From assembly GCA_043804695.1 (NCBI GenBank), contig JAZDIV010000036.1:1-40589 (forward strand): a DNA stretch of 40,589 bases, in the 5' to 3' direction. Positions 6,701-15,485 of the stretch are shown here, one piece after another; the stretch's first letter is position 1, and each line of letters begins with the position of its first letter. The notes under the pieces were generated by a model. The model saw only the letters and a list, made by a program, of their open reading frames with translations, ran no database searches and was not told the origin of the DNA. Origin of the DNA: PVC group bacterium (GTDB taxonomy: Bacteria; Auribacterota; Erginobacteria; Erginobacterales; Erginobacteraceae). The translations under genes and the position numbers were made by a program.

Positions 6701-9208
6701 ATAGCGGAGAGCATCCTGGAAGTTCCCTTTTCTGAAGCAGATACTTCCTATATAACTTCGCAAAAGAGCCGTCTGCCGCGCATCCGGGGAATATCGGATC
6801 GCCTCCTGGAAACAGGAGACTGCCTTATCGTACATGCTCAGCCGATAACACGTCTCACCGAGCTTGATATGAATATCCAGCCAGAGCTTGGAGAGTTCCT
6901 CGCTTTCGTAACTGGGGAAAAGGGTCAGTGCCCGCTCCAGAAAAAGGACCACCTCCCGGAAAGAACAGCGGGAGCGGGCGAGATCGGCGGAAAGAAGCGA
7001 ATAACGAAAGGCTTTATTATGGCTGTAGCCGAGATAGAAGTGCTTGCTTAATTCAAATGCAACCCGGTCCAGGGCCGAGCTGCTTTTTTCTTCCAGAATG
7101 CTTCCCGCTTTTTCATGGAGTCTTCGGCGCGTCTCCGAATCCATCGAATTATATACGGTATCCATAATCTGCTGATGGGCAAACATGTACCCGCCCCCCC
7201 CCATCGTTCCCCGCTCCATAATCATCTGCGCGTCCCGGACTTCATCGATAATGGGGAAAAGCTCCTCGGCTTTTTTGCCGGATAGATGTTTGAGTGCATC
7301 CAGCGTGAATCGAAGCCCCAGAATGGAGGCAATCTGCAACACCTCGGTCATCTCCGGCTTCAATCGCCCGAGTCTATTGGCCAGAATCTCGGCCAGGGTC
7401 CGGGGCATTGCGTCCCGTATTCTCGGTTCCCGGACCAGTTTCCAGATATCCTGTTCAAGAATCAGGATACCGATTTCAATCGCTGATTTAATGTATTCAA
7501 TCAGGAAAAGGGGATTTCCTCCCGTTGCCTTGAATATATACTGTGATACATCCGGTGATATTTTTTCGGGAGCCGTTCTCAGTATCTCGGCTAAAGTGTG
7601 CTCGTTCTGCTCAAAATCGAGCGGGAGTAACTGCTGGTTGGTAAACGAGGGGTGGTTTAACTGTAACCCGGCAATCAGGTTCCCCAGCATACTTCCCCGG
7701 TAAACCTGACCCGGGCAGAGGGTAGCGATCAGGAGAATGGGCTTGTTAATCGAATTTTCAACGAGGTAATTTAGGAAGTATAAGCTCCCGTCATCGGCCC
7801 AGTGGATGTTGTCGATAAACATGATGATCCCGTTGGTTTCATTCGCGATCGCTTCCAAAAAGGTGTACAGCTTGGAAAAAATATCTTTTTGAAGATTCGT
7901 CGGATTGACATGGGGAAGATCTGAAAGTCTGCGCCAGGTCCGAAGAAGTTCCGATATCACTTCATTGAAATCTTCATAGTTTTTACCCTGGTTCTTGAGC
8001 CCTTCCAGCAGCTTAAACTGATACTCTTTTGGATAGCTGTTCAGAGTTTCGACCAGGGCGGCCAGCATATCGAGCAGGAGCTGGCATGGCTGCTCTTTGA
8101 GCCCCGGCGAACACTGGGCGGCTACGAGGAGCATCTGTCTTTTCAGACCGATTTTCAGGAACTCCTGTCCGAGTCGTGTCTTTCCGATACCCGGATCGCC
8201 GGATAAAAATATAATGTCGCCGCCCGAGGACGGCAGGGAAACCAGCATCTGCTCGAAGACCTGAAGCTCCCGATCACGACCCCGAATCTGAGGATCCAGG
8301 TTTAGCCATCCTTTCTTTTCTTTGCGCTGGAGGGTAAAAACCTGATCCTCCTGCCCCCTGTCGACAAGCCTGATGAAATAAGCCAGGTCCTCTTTTAAAC
8401 CTTCCGCGGTAAGATAGCGTTCTCCCGGTTCTTTACGGAGAAGTTTCAGTATGATCTCTTCCAGGGGGCGGGGCAGGGAAGGAACGATCCTGGTCGGGGG
8501 AATGGGTTCTTCCGCGACCTGTTTATGGAGCAGTGTAGGCAGGTCCCGGGCGACCAGAGGCAGACATCCGGTAGTCATCTGATACAAGACAATCCCCAGT
8601 GAATACAGATCGGAACGCTGATCCACCGGTTGCCCCAGGACCCCGGTTTGCTCGGGCGACATGTAGGCGGCGGTCCCCACCATCTCTCCGGGTTTTTCCC
8701 GCAAAATAAGCGAAAGTAATCTGGAGAACCCGAAATCAAGGAGGATAACCCGGCATTCTCCCTGCTTCTCTCCGGGCAGGATAAATATATTCCCCGGTTT
8801 AATATCGAGATGGAGGATTTTCTTTGCATGCACATAGGACAGGGCGTCAGCCACCTGCATCGCAATATCGGCCGCCCGGCGGAAATTAATCTTTTTTCCA
8901 CCCCCTATTTCCGAGTCCAGGCTATGTCCTTCCAGCAGGGGCAGGACAAGATACACCTGCCCTTCATGGACACCCACATTATACAGAGGGATAATATTAG
9001 GATGGTTCAGCCCGGACAGGATGCCCGCCTCATGCCGGAGACGCGCGACAGAAACCATGAGTTCCTGCTCATTTTTATCATCACTGAGAACTATTTTGAC
9101 GGCGACCGGACGGTTTTCAATCGTATCCCGGGCCTTGTAAACGGTGCTCACCGGAGTGCTTGCGATCTTATCGAGAATCTGATACCGATTATTGGCAAGC
9201 GTCTTCAT
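3794..9208 (-). CDS. Ser/Thr kinase - STAND/AAA ATPase - TPR - GAF - sigma54 activator (bEBP) - Fis HTH fusion, 1804 aa
   Basis: Kinase motifs VAVK, HLDIKPGN, DFG, GTAAYMSPEQ, DLYSLG. Walker A GDPGIGKT and Walker B FIDNIHWAD, then TPR-like helices and a GAF domain (RSVACVPV..YVDN). bEBP motifs GETGTGK, ESELFG..GAFTGA, FLDEI, FRSDLYYRL, FPGNIREL. C-terminal HTH SKAAAKMGISRYGLYKKI. Confidence 0.93.
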   Translation of the reverse strand: MKTLANNRYQILDKIASTPVSTVYKARDTIENRPVAVKIVLSDDKNEQELMVSVARLRHEAGILSGLNHPNIIPLYNVGVHEGQVYLVLPLLEGHSLDSEIGGGKKINFRRAADIAMQVADALSYVHAKKILHLDIKPGNIFILPGEKQGECRVILLDFGFSRLLSLILREKPGEMVGTAAYMSPEQTGVLGQPVDQRSDLYSLGIVLYQMTTGCLPLVARDLPTLLHKQVAEEPIPPTRIVPSLPRPLEEIILKLLRKEPGERYLTAEGLKEDLAYFIRLVDRGQEDQVFTLQRKEKKGWLNLDPQIRGRDRELQVFEQMLVSLPSSGGDIIFLSGDPGIGKTRLGQEFLKIGLKRQMLLVAAQCSPGLKEQPCQLLLDMLAALVETLNSYPKEYQFKLLEGLKNQGKNYEDFNEVISELLRTWRRLSDLPHVNPTNLQKDIFSKLYTFLEAIANETNGIIMFIDNIHWADDGSLYFLNYLVENSINKPILLIATLCPGQVYRGSMLGNLIAGLQLNHPSFTNQQLLPLDFEQNEHTLAEILRTAPEKISPDVSQYIFKATGGNPLFLIEYIKSAIEIGILILEQDIWKLVREPRIRDAMPRTLAEILANRLGRLKPEMTEVLQIASILGLRFTLDALKHLSGKKAEELFPIIDEVRDAQMIMERGTMGGGGYMFAHQQIMDTVYNSMDSETRRRLHEKAGSILEEKSSSALDRVAFELSKHFYLGYSHNKAFRYSLLSADLARSRCSFREVVLFLERALTLFPSYESEELSKLWLDIHIKLGETCYRLSMYDKAVSCFQEAIRYSPDARQTALLRSYIGSICFRKGNFQDALRYHEQALQEYGYGVPRHKFALITRSGYWVALLSARVFLSNFFKRKKKKSRDDFSLIERIRLFSQTSYVCFFLGDLSRALWCNLRQLNMAQKLGESEHLAQAFDMHGLLCSQIGLFPRAEKFIEKSRKINEKLVSRSWGIAQCLSYLGYCLMNQGRSREAVSKLVESVEIWKSVGDPLELGYALRYLAWSYIFIGDLHRAASTFTELAALAEKMEDRRAVTDAWNGRTLVSVMMGELDLAIEYGSQALAVSNSPELLNPRAVAHQILGRAYHCKGDLQRAEMELEESRILIEKHKLVPTMQSLTYAYLAELYLSDKDKLASFSDSEKNAQLEKIHRLCRQGIKQAGRIKRNRAENLRSLALYYEQIGKDRKVQSCFTAAEQILQSQGYRFELARTYRFHGKFLLTKNRGLAIEYLERALSLFKDMAATYEVKITREIMGEELEEKVQPASEAAPSRMFLSDASTFESLLELYRQVTSVLELDKLLVKIVDLANQAVGAERGFLLLQDQGKLEVKVARNSHKKSISSNKHEISWGIVHKVAAGQFPILVANAQTQEELQEKDSIRAYGLRSVACVPVTFKKKFLGVIYVDNRFARGLFTERELNLLHLFASQAAVALENAVMYEKVKEDEERISEENRYLKRDFALQHHFSNIIAEDSQMQSILNQVEQIAPTEANVLLQGETGTGKGIIARAVHSRSLRADGVFIEQNCAALPENLLESELFGYKKGAFTGAVSDKKGILEAADQATFFLDEIAEATPAIQAKLLRVIEGQTFRRLGDTVERKVDVRIIAATNRDLTVEIKSGRFRSDLYYRLNTVKINLPPLRKRKDKKALAYFFLDKYDRAAQKQIKGFTAEAMEAIEKYSFPGNIRELENVIQRAVLMTDPGQPIGPASLFPEILPAENGAGGSTSPSGSLPLNVPLKEAVGEFEKKYIQAVLDECGGKVSKAAAKMGISRYGLYKKIQKLIPEGVET

Positions 9209-9266
9209 GAAGCAATACCACGTTTGTCGAGCAGAATGGACAGGACCGTATTGTGTGCGATTCCTA

Positions 9267-9294
9267 ATGTTAATTCAATATTGAACAATGTCAA
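9267..9294 (-). promoter_or_regulatory. Candidate sigma70 promoter for the kinase-activator, with an internal 12-bp palindrome
   Basis: Minus strand TTGACA-N16-TAACAT. The palindrome TTCAATATTGAA (9274-9285) lies between the boxes. Confidence 0.4.
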
Positions 9295-9428
9295 CTTTTT
9301 TACTCAGCGAAAACGTTCCCGATCATTCCGGGGGTTCAATACGTCATTCATCCCGCCCGGCGAGAATGCATTTTGTAAACATTATTCCTCTGCGGATTTA
9401 TCGAATTCTCTTGCGTTTTCCCTTGAGT

Positions 9429-9457
9429 TTGATCAAGATGCTGTTGCATTCTACAAT
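9429..9457 (+). promoter_or_regulatory. sigma70 promoter of tRNA-Phe
   Basis: TTGATC-N17-TACAAT followed by a GC-rich discriminator (TTCCCCGCGG), 22 nt upstream of the tRNA. Confidence 0.7.
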
Positions 9458-9479
9458 TTCCCCGCGGAAAAATTCTGGA

Positions 9480-9552
<73 letters not shown>

Positions 9553-9554
9553 TA

Positions 9555-9584
9555 AAAAAGATTCCCCGGACGGGGAATCTTTTT
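9555..9584 (+). terminator. Intrinsic terminator after tRNA-Phe
   Basis: AAAAAGATTCCCCG-GA-CGGGGAATCTTTTT palindrome directly after the tRNA. Confidence 0.85.
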
Positions 9585-9652
9585 GATATTACCCTTGCGC
9601 GCACCCGCTGGAACGGGCGGAAACAAACGGATACTTCCGGGAGGAAGCCACC

Positions 9653-11143
9653 ATAAAATTCAGGAGAGGGGCGGGGATACTTCTTCACATCACCTCGCTG
9701 CCGGGGCCGCACGGGATCGGCTCCCTGGGCAGGGAAGCGTATCAGTTTGTTGACTGGCTGGCGGACGCCGGCCAGCGGTTCTGGGAGGTCCTCCCCATCA
9801 ACCCGATCGGCTATGGCAACTCGCCCTATTCCAGCCCCTCCGCTTTCGCCGGCGCTCCCAGCCTGATCAGCCTGGAGAGACTGGTGGAGACCGGCTATCT
9901 TTTACCGGAAGACCTCCCACCGGAAGAGATATTCCCGAAGGACCGGGTCGATTTTCCCCGGGCCATCCGGATCAAGAAGGAGGCGATCGGCGCTGCTTTC
10001 CGGTGCTTCCGCCGGAAGACGGATAGGCGGCAGCAGAATGACTTCGATGACTTCCGCGCCGAGCACTCCCCCTGGCTCGACAACTATGCCCTCTACAAGT
10101 CCATCAAGGATCATTTCCAGGGAGCCCCCTGGTACGAGTGGCCCGCCGAGATAGCCTTCCGGGAACCGGCGGCGCTCCGGGCCTGTGAGAACAGGCTGGA
10201 GGAGAAGATCAGTGAGTCACGATTCGCCGAATTTCTTTTTTTTAAACAGTGGAAGAGGCTCCGCGGCTACTGCAACGAGACGGGGATCAAGCTCATCGGG
10301 GACATCCCTTTCCTGGTCAGCTATGACAGCGCGGACGTCTGGGTCCATCGCCACCTCTTCCTCCTCGACGAGCACGGACGCCGGCGGGCTCTTTCCGGAG
10401 TGCCGCCCACCGGCCACTCCGGCGTCAGCCAGATCTGGGGCAACCCGCTCTACGATTGGGTCAAAATGTCGGAGGACCGGTTCAACTGGTGGATGAGGAG
10501 GTTCCGGACCATCCTCGAGCTGACCGACGTCGTCCGGGTGGATCACTTCTCCGGGTTCACCATCGCCTGGCACATCCCCCCGGAGGCGAAGACGTCGGCC
10601 GAGGGGCAGTGGTTCTACGGTCCGGGGGCGGCTCTCTTCGGCCTGCTGGAAAAGCAGCTGGGGACTCTTCCCATCATCGCCGAGGCGCTGGAGCCGGTGC
10701 ACTTCGAGGAGACAAAATCGCTGATGGAGATTCTCGATTTCTCCAGCACCCGGGTCATTCAGTTCGCCTTCCTGGAAAACGACCGGAGCCCGCACCTGCC
10801 GGAAAATTATCCTTTCAACTGCGCGGCCTATACCGGCACTCACGACACCGATACCATCTGCGGGTGGTTCGCTTCGCTCCGGGATGAAGAAACCAAGCAC
10901 GTTCTCTCTTATTTCGGGACGGATCACGAGGAGATCAACTGGAAGTTCATCCGGCGGGCGCTCTCTTCCGTGGCCGACCTGGCCGTCATCCCCCTCCAGG
11001 ACGTGCTGGGGCTGGGCAGCGAGGCGAGGATGAACGCCCCCGGGCGGGAAAGCGGACAGTGGGAGTGGCGGTACGACCCGGCGATGCTGACCGGGGACCT
11101 GGCCAAGCGCCTGGCCGAGATGACTCGGTACTACGGGCGTTAA
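9653..11143 (+). CDS. malQ: 4-alpha-glucanotransferase (amylomaltase, GH77), 496 aa, apparent ATA start
   Basis: The frame extends 77 codons upstream of the track start to give the conserved N-terminus KFRRGAGILLHITSLP..GIG..SPY. Catalytic-region motifs RVDHF, IAE and YTGTHDTDT, plus RMNAPG..WEWR. SD GGAGGA lies 7 nt before ATA. Confidence 0.88.
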   Translation: MKFRRGAGILLHITSLPGPHGIGSLGREAYQFVDWLADAGQRFWEVLPINPIGYGNSPYSSPSAFAGAPSLISLERLVETGYLLPEDLPPEEIFPKDRVDFPRAIRIKKEAIGAAFRCFRRKTDRRQQNDFDDFRAEHSPWLDNYALYKSIKDHFQGAPWYEWPAEIAFREPAALRACENRLEEKISESRFAEFLFFKQWKRLRGYCNETGIKLIGDIPFLVSYDSADVWVHRHLFLLDEHGRRRALSGVPPTGHSGVSQIWGNPLYDWVKMSEDRFNWWMRRFRTILELTDVVRVDHFSGFTIAWHIPPEAKTSAEGQWFYGPGAALFGLLEKQLGTLPIIAEALEPVHFEETKSLMEILDFSSTRVIQFAFLENDRSPHLPENYPFNCAAYTGTHDTDTICGWFASLRDEETKHVLSYFGTDHEEINWKFIRRALSSVADLAVIPLQDVLGLGSEARMNAPGRESGQWEWRYDPAMLTGDLAKRLAEMTRYYGR

Positions 11144-11187
11144 CCCGATTTATTCCTGCCTGCCGCAGGCAGGAATAAATCGGGTTA
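11141..11187. repeat. Palindromic repeat (TAACCCGATTTAT family) with a nested CCTGCCTGCCGCAGGCAGG palindrome
   Basis: Perfect 23-bp arms. The first three bases are the malQ stop codon. Confidence 0.85.
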
Positions 11188-11244
11188 TACCGGACGATTA
11201 TCATCGCATCACGCGACGAAATACGTACTTACGGAGCGCGCATT

Positions 11245-12252
11245 ATGAAAATACTAATAACCGGCGGCACCGGCTACATCGGCAGCCACACCTCCCTGGA
11301 ACTCCTGCAGGCCGGCCACCAGGTGACGGTGGTCGACAACCTCTCGAACAGCAAGAAAGAGTCGCTGAAAAGGGTGAGAGAGATCACCGGCAGGAATCTC
11401 GACTTTCACCGGGTCGATCTCCTTGACCGGCGAAGCCTGGACAAAGTCTTCTCCGGGGCGGGGATCGAGGCAGTGATCCACTTCGCGGGGCTGAAGGCGG
11501 TCGGGGAGTCGGTGAGGATGCCTCTTGAGTACTATCATAACAACCTCACCGGCACGATTATCCTCTGCGAAGTGATGCGGGACCACGGCGTGAAAAACCT
11601 GGTGTTCAGCTCGTCCGCCACTGTTTACGGCAATCCGGCAACGGTCCCGATCAGGGAGGACTTTCCTCTCGGCCCGGCCAACCCATACGGCCGGACCAAG
11701 CTGATGATCGAGGAGATCCTGCGGGACCTTCACGCCGCCGGCGGCGGCTGGAACGTCGCGCTCCTCCGCTATTTTAACCCGGTGGGCGCGCACAAAAGCG
11801 GCCGGATCGGGGAAGACCCGAAAGGGATCCCCAATAACCTCCTCCCCTTCATCAGCCAGGTGGCGGTCGGAAAACTCCCCCGGCTCCGGGTCTTCGGCGA
11901 CGACTACCCGACCCGGGACGGGACGGGGGTCCGGGACTACATCCACGTGGCGGACCTGGCGCTCGGGCACCTGCGGGCGCTGGAGAAGCTGACGGAGAAC
12001 CCCGGCGTCCTCACCTGCAACCTGGGCACCGGGCGGGGGTACAGCGTGCTCGAGATGGTCGCCGCCTTCGAGAAGGCATCGGGCAAGACAATACCTTACG
12101 AGATTGCCGGACGGCGGCCGGGAGACATCGCGGAGTGCTACGCCGACCCCTCGAAAGCCAACCGGGAGCTCGGCTGGTCCGCCGGACGCGGGCTGGAAGA
12201 GATGTGCGTAGACACCTGGCGGTGGCAGTCGGGAAACCCTGAGGGTTATTGA
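11245..12252 (+). CDS. galE: UDP-glucose 4-epimerase
   Basis: [34 protein letters not shown] (YxxxK), [16 protein letters not shown]. Confidence 0.97.
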   Translation: MKILITGGTGYIGSHTSLELLQAGHQVTVVDNLSNSKKESLKRVREITGRNLDFHRVDLLDRRSLDKVFSGAGIEAVIHFAGLKAVGESVRMPLEYYHNNLTGTIILCEVMRDHGVKNLVFSSSATVYGNPATVPIREDFPLGPANPYGRTKLMIEEILRDLHAAGGGWNVALLRYFNPVGAHKSGRIGEDPKGIPNNLLPFISQVAVGKLPRLRVFGDDYPTRDGTGVRDYIHVADLALGHLRALEKLTENPGVLTCNLGTGRGYSVLEMVAAFEKASGKTIPYEIAGRRPGDIAECYADPSKANRELGWSAGRGLEEMCVDTWRWQSGNPEGY

Positions 12253-12330
12253 GGGGGGGGATCAGCGATGCAGGATACGGGATCCAGGATGCGTGATGCC
12301 GGGCTCGACAATCTGCTTAATCCGCAACCG

Positions 12331-12469
12331 GTAATCGGTGATCAGTAAGCGGTGAGCGGTAACCGGTAAACAGTTGACCAGTAATCAGAATCTAGTAATC
12401 GGTAATCAGTGATCCGGGAGCAGGATTATCCGCCGGATTACCGATTACTGATTACCGATAACCAATTAC
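12331..12469. repeat. Inverted arrays of degenerate heptamers (GTAATCG / CGATTAC)
   Basis: About 12 GTAATCR-like units at 12331-12415 and about 5 reverse-complement units at 12436-12469, between convergent genes. Confidence 0.8.
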
Positions 12470-12472
12470 TTT

Positions 12473-13228
12473 TTATTTCCCTTCATCAATAAACACTTGT
12501 CCCGCTTCACTCAAACTGCTTTTTAAAGCTCGCATCCCCTCCTCCACCGCCGAGGGCGGCCCGGCCACCCCGAGCATGACATCCCACCCGTCGCCTGCGA
12601 TCCGGGGAAGGCTCGAAAATGAGAGCCCCGGATGGGCGGCGATGAATCCTTCCATGATACCCGCCAAATCCGCCTCGCGGGCGCCGGGAAGAAGCAGGGA
12701 CCGGGCGATCCTCTCGGCGCCGGGTTCATAGCACGTATCGAGAACCCAGGCCATCATCGGCTCCGCCATCTCCGGGAAACCGGGCAAGAAATATCCGTCG
12801 CCGACCGAGAAGCCGGGGACCTGGTTATACGGGTTGGGGATGATCAGGGCGCCGGCGGGGAACTCGACCATCTTCAGGCGGTGAGGGGTGGCCAGGGGGC
12901 CGAACCGCTTCTTCAGGATGGCGGCCGCCTCTTCATGGTATTTCAGCGGGACGCCCGCCGCCGCCGCCGCGCAGCGGCGGGTATGGTCGTCGGGGGTGGC
13001 GCCGATCCCCCCGCAGCAGAAGAAGGGATTCTCCCGGGCCAGGGCCCGCCGGAGCTGCTCTTCGAGGATGACCGGTTCATCGGGAAGGATCACCGCGTAG
13101 CGGAGGAACAGGTTCCGCTCCGCGAGCAGCCGCCGGGCGTTTTGGAGATGGCGGTCCTCGACCCGGCCGTCAAGAATCTCGCTGCCGACGATGATCAGCC
13201 CGAACCCAAAAGTTTGCTTCTTCATCAT
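12473..13228 (-). CDS. CinA N-terminal-like (COG1058) molybdopterin-binding-fold protein
   Basis: IIVGSEILDGRVEDRH, CCGGIGATPDDHTR, IPNPYNQVPGF, FLPGFPEMA. Confidence 0.85.
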   Translation of the reverse strand: MMKKQTFGFGLIIVGSEILDGRVEDRHLQNARRLLAERNLFLRYAVILPDEPVILEEQLRRALARENPFFCCGGIGATPDDHTRRCAAAAAGVPLKYHEEAAAILKKRFGPLATPHRLKMVEFPAGALIIPNPYNQVPGFSVGDGYFLPGFPEMAEPMMAWVLDTCYEPGAERIARSLLLPGAREADLAGIMEGFIAAHPGLSFSSLPRIAGDGWDVMLGVAGPPSAVEEGMRALKSSLSEAGQVFIDEGK

Positions 13229-13264
13229 GGGGCCAGTCTCTGAAGGACTGACCCTTTATTCCGA

Positions 13265-13996
13265 CTAAAAGTCGTCATAAAACTCCGGGTCGTAGACGTA
13301 CGTCTCACCAGGCTCGAGCATCATCGCGCCGTCCATGTAATCCCGGTAGGAGGGATAGATCTCCACCCAGTCCCCGATCAGCTGCCGGTACAATTTCTCG
13401 CTCTCGTCAACATCGGCTTCCGCCTTTTCGGTCTCTTCCACGCTGTGGCCGAACCAGCGGCGGTCATAATAGTTGATCTTGATAAAGGACAGTTTGATTT
13501 CCTGGCTTGCCCCCGGGGTTTGTAGCGAATACCGATCGAGATTCGTCCCCTCGCCCAGGAGATCGACCTCCGTCTCCGGGGTCAGCCAGCTCATCTGGAC
13601 CAGATCCGGGGTCCGGGCCTCGTTGAAGGGTTTCCCGTACTTGCGTCCCAGGACCAGCCGGAAGATGGTGTACTCCATGATACTGCCGGGATCGGTCACC
13701 CGGTAGGTGCCGCGGCGAAGTCTCCCATCCTGAAAGTGATAGGTGATCCGCACCGGGATTTTCCCCAGCAGGGTTCCGTCATAGACCAGTTCATCCGCTT
13801 TCGGCGAGATCACGGCAACCGCTGTCTTCTCCGCCTTCTCAACCTGCTCCCTGCTCATCCCCCACTGTGTATTCCTGAAGGGACTTTTCTCAACATTCTT
13901 TCCCCCCTCGCCCGCCGGCGATGATTTTTCGGATGAAGCGCACCCCAGGACCAGCAACACGATCCCGGCAACAACCCACAATTCAATTTTTTTCAT
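13265..13996 (-). CDS. Lipoprotein of unknown function
   Basis: MKK plus a hydrophobic stretch and lipobox LVLGC. Contains an FRNTQWGMSREQV motif. Confidence 0.75.
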   Translation of the reverse strand: MKKIELWVVAGIVLLVLGCASSEKSSPAGEGGKNVEKSPFRNTQWGMSREQVEKAEKTAVAVISPKADELVYDGTLLGKIPVRITYHFQDGRLRRGTYRVTDPGSIMEYTIFRLVLGRKYGKPFNEARTPDLVQMSWLTPETEVDLLGEGTNLDRYSLQTPGASQEIKLSFIKINYYDRRWFGHSVEETEKAEADVDESEKLYRQLIGDWVEIYPSYRDYMDGAMMLEPGETYVYDPEFYDDF

Positions 13997-14129
13997 CTGT
14001 GACCTCTCGTAAATGTTCTCACTTCGTCTGCGAATTGATGTTAATCACGTTTTTCTGCGTTAAACATGGATTGATAATACTACTGAGATCAGTAGAAATC
14101 CAACAGTTACCCCGGATTATTCATGAAAA

Positions 14130-15152
14130 TTAAAAGCCGGCCAGGAGGCAGAGATAGCCGACGGCGAGGCCGAAGAAAAAATTAAAGAGCTTGATCAGGA
14201 GAAAATTTTTCACGCTGATGGAGAGGATGGGGAGCATCCCGTGGCCGTCCTGGACAATGGAACTGGCGAGGAGGATGGAGAAAGGAATCACCCCCCGGGA
14301 GAACATGATCACGAAAAGAAAATGGGGGCCGGATTCCGGGATCAGGCCCACCAGGGCCGAGAGGAGAAGCACCCAGGCCTGATTTCTCGAGACCAGGCCG
14401 GCCAGGTCCCAGCGCTCCATCCCCAGATGGACGGCGAGGAGGGCGCCGAAGGTCCAGAGAAACACTTTCAGCAGGTGCTTCTTGGCGGTATGCTCCCAGA
14501 TGTGCTCCTCTAAAAAATGCTCGGGGACGGTGAGAATGATAAACAAGAGAAACGCCAGAACCAGGCAGATGGTAATCCTGATCCAGTCCCATGATTCCGG
14601 ACCGATCAATCCCGAGAAAATGCCGTAGAGAAGAAGCAGGCTGAGAAGCGCCAGGGCCGCCCTCTGCAGGCTGGGGGATCTCAGATTGGCCAGCAGCACA
14701 CGCCGGGTCAGGAGCAGCCGGTCCGGGCCGGCGTGCACTTCCAGGCGGTCGCAAGAACTGTCCGGCTGCAGGCGGAGAGCGTTTGACAGGCGGTCGGCCA
14801 GCCAGCCGGAGAAAATCCCGGCCGCAAAGAGAAGGGAGAAGAGGAGAAGGGCGTATCCGGGAAAAAGGGCCAGCATGACGAACGACTCGTCACCCGAGGT
14901 CGCAACCATGGCGGCCACGATCGCCCCGAACGATATGAAGCCGTGGATGTAGAGGGAGGCCGCGGCAAACGCTCCCAGGCACCCCGGCGTGGCCCCCAGA
15001 AAGGCACTCCCCAGGTACTGCCGGAGGGGACGCCCGCGGATATACTGCTCCAGGCGGCCGCGGCTGAGAACATTGAGGTAGTCAACGGCCACCATCATCG
15101 CGAAGACGAAGCCGGTGATCATCAAAGCGTGTTTAAAAACTTCGATAAACAT
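14130..15152 (-). CDS. Multi-pass putative metal (Mn/heavy-metal) transporter, DUF2899/ArsP_2-like
   Basis: About 10 hydrophobic segments. Duplicated motifs LGATPGCLG/LVGLIPESGPH, plus ATSGDESFV, SIVQDGHG and EHFLEEHIWEH. Confidence 0.75.
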   Translation of the reverse strand: MFIEVFKHALMITGFVFAMMVAVDYLNVLSRGRLEQYIRGRPLRQYLGSAFLGATPGCLGAFAAASLYIHGFISFGAIVAAMVATSGDESFVMLALFPGYALLLFSLLFAAGIFSGWLADRLSNALRLQPDSSCDRLEVHAGPDRLLLTRRVLLANLRSPSLQRAALALLSLLLLYGIFSGLIGPESWDWIRITICLVLAFLLFIILTVPEHFLEEHIWEHTAKKHLLKVFLWTFGALLAVHLGMERWDLAGLVSRNQAWVLLLSALVGLIPESGPHFLFVIMFSRGVIPFSILLASSIVQDGHGMLPILSISVKNFLLIKLFNFFFGLAVGYLCLLAGF

Positions 15153-15164
15153 ATAAGAAGTGCC

Positions 15165-15194
15165 TTAACCCGATTTATTCATAAATCGGGTTAA
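15165..15194. repeat. Palindromic repeat TTAACCCGATTTAT-TC-ATAAATCGGGTTAA
   Basis: Perfect 14-bp arms. Same family as 11141 and 19869. Confidence 0.85.
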
Positions 15195-15402
15195 TTTTGA
15201 ACCATGACAAAGATTAAATGAACCGCCCCGGGAAAAAATATTGATTTTATCAAATTATCCGGCAATGAATTACAGCCAAAGGTCTCTTTCTGCCGGCAGT
15301 GTTAACAGGAAGAATAACACGTTGTCCTTCCGGAAAAGAAAAAGCAGAGTGCGGTAGCCGCACAAACAAGATTACTATTCATAATACATTGAACGACAAT
15401 TA

Positions 15403-15455
15403 TTAACCTGGATTATTCATGAAAATTTTCAATTTTCATGAATAATCCAGGTTAA
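15403..15455. repeat. Palindromic repeat TTAACCTGGATTATTCATGAAAATT-TTC-AATTTTCATGAATAATCCAGGTTAA
   Basis: Perfect 25-bp arms. Half-copies at about 14107-14131 and 18921-18944. Confidence 0.85.
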
Positions 15456-15485
15456 GTGCCCAAAGTTATCGCCTTACCTGGCCAT

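Noticed and set aside
15270..15400. yybP-ykoY (Mn) riboswitch upstream of the metal transporter
   Set aside because: The minus strand has the 3'-like GAGACCTTTG, but I find no matching 5' AAAGGGGAGTA element. An Infernal scan would settle it.
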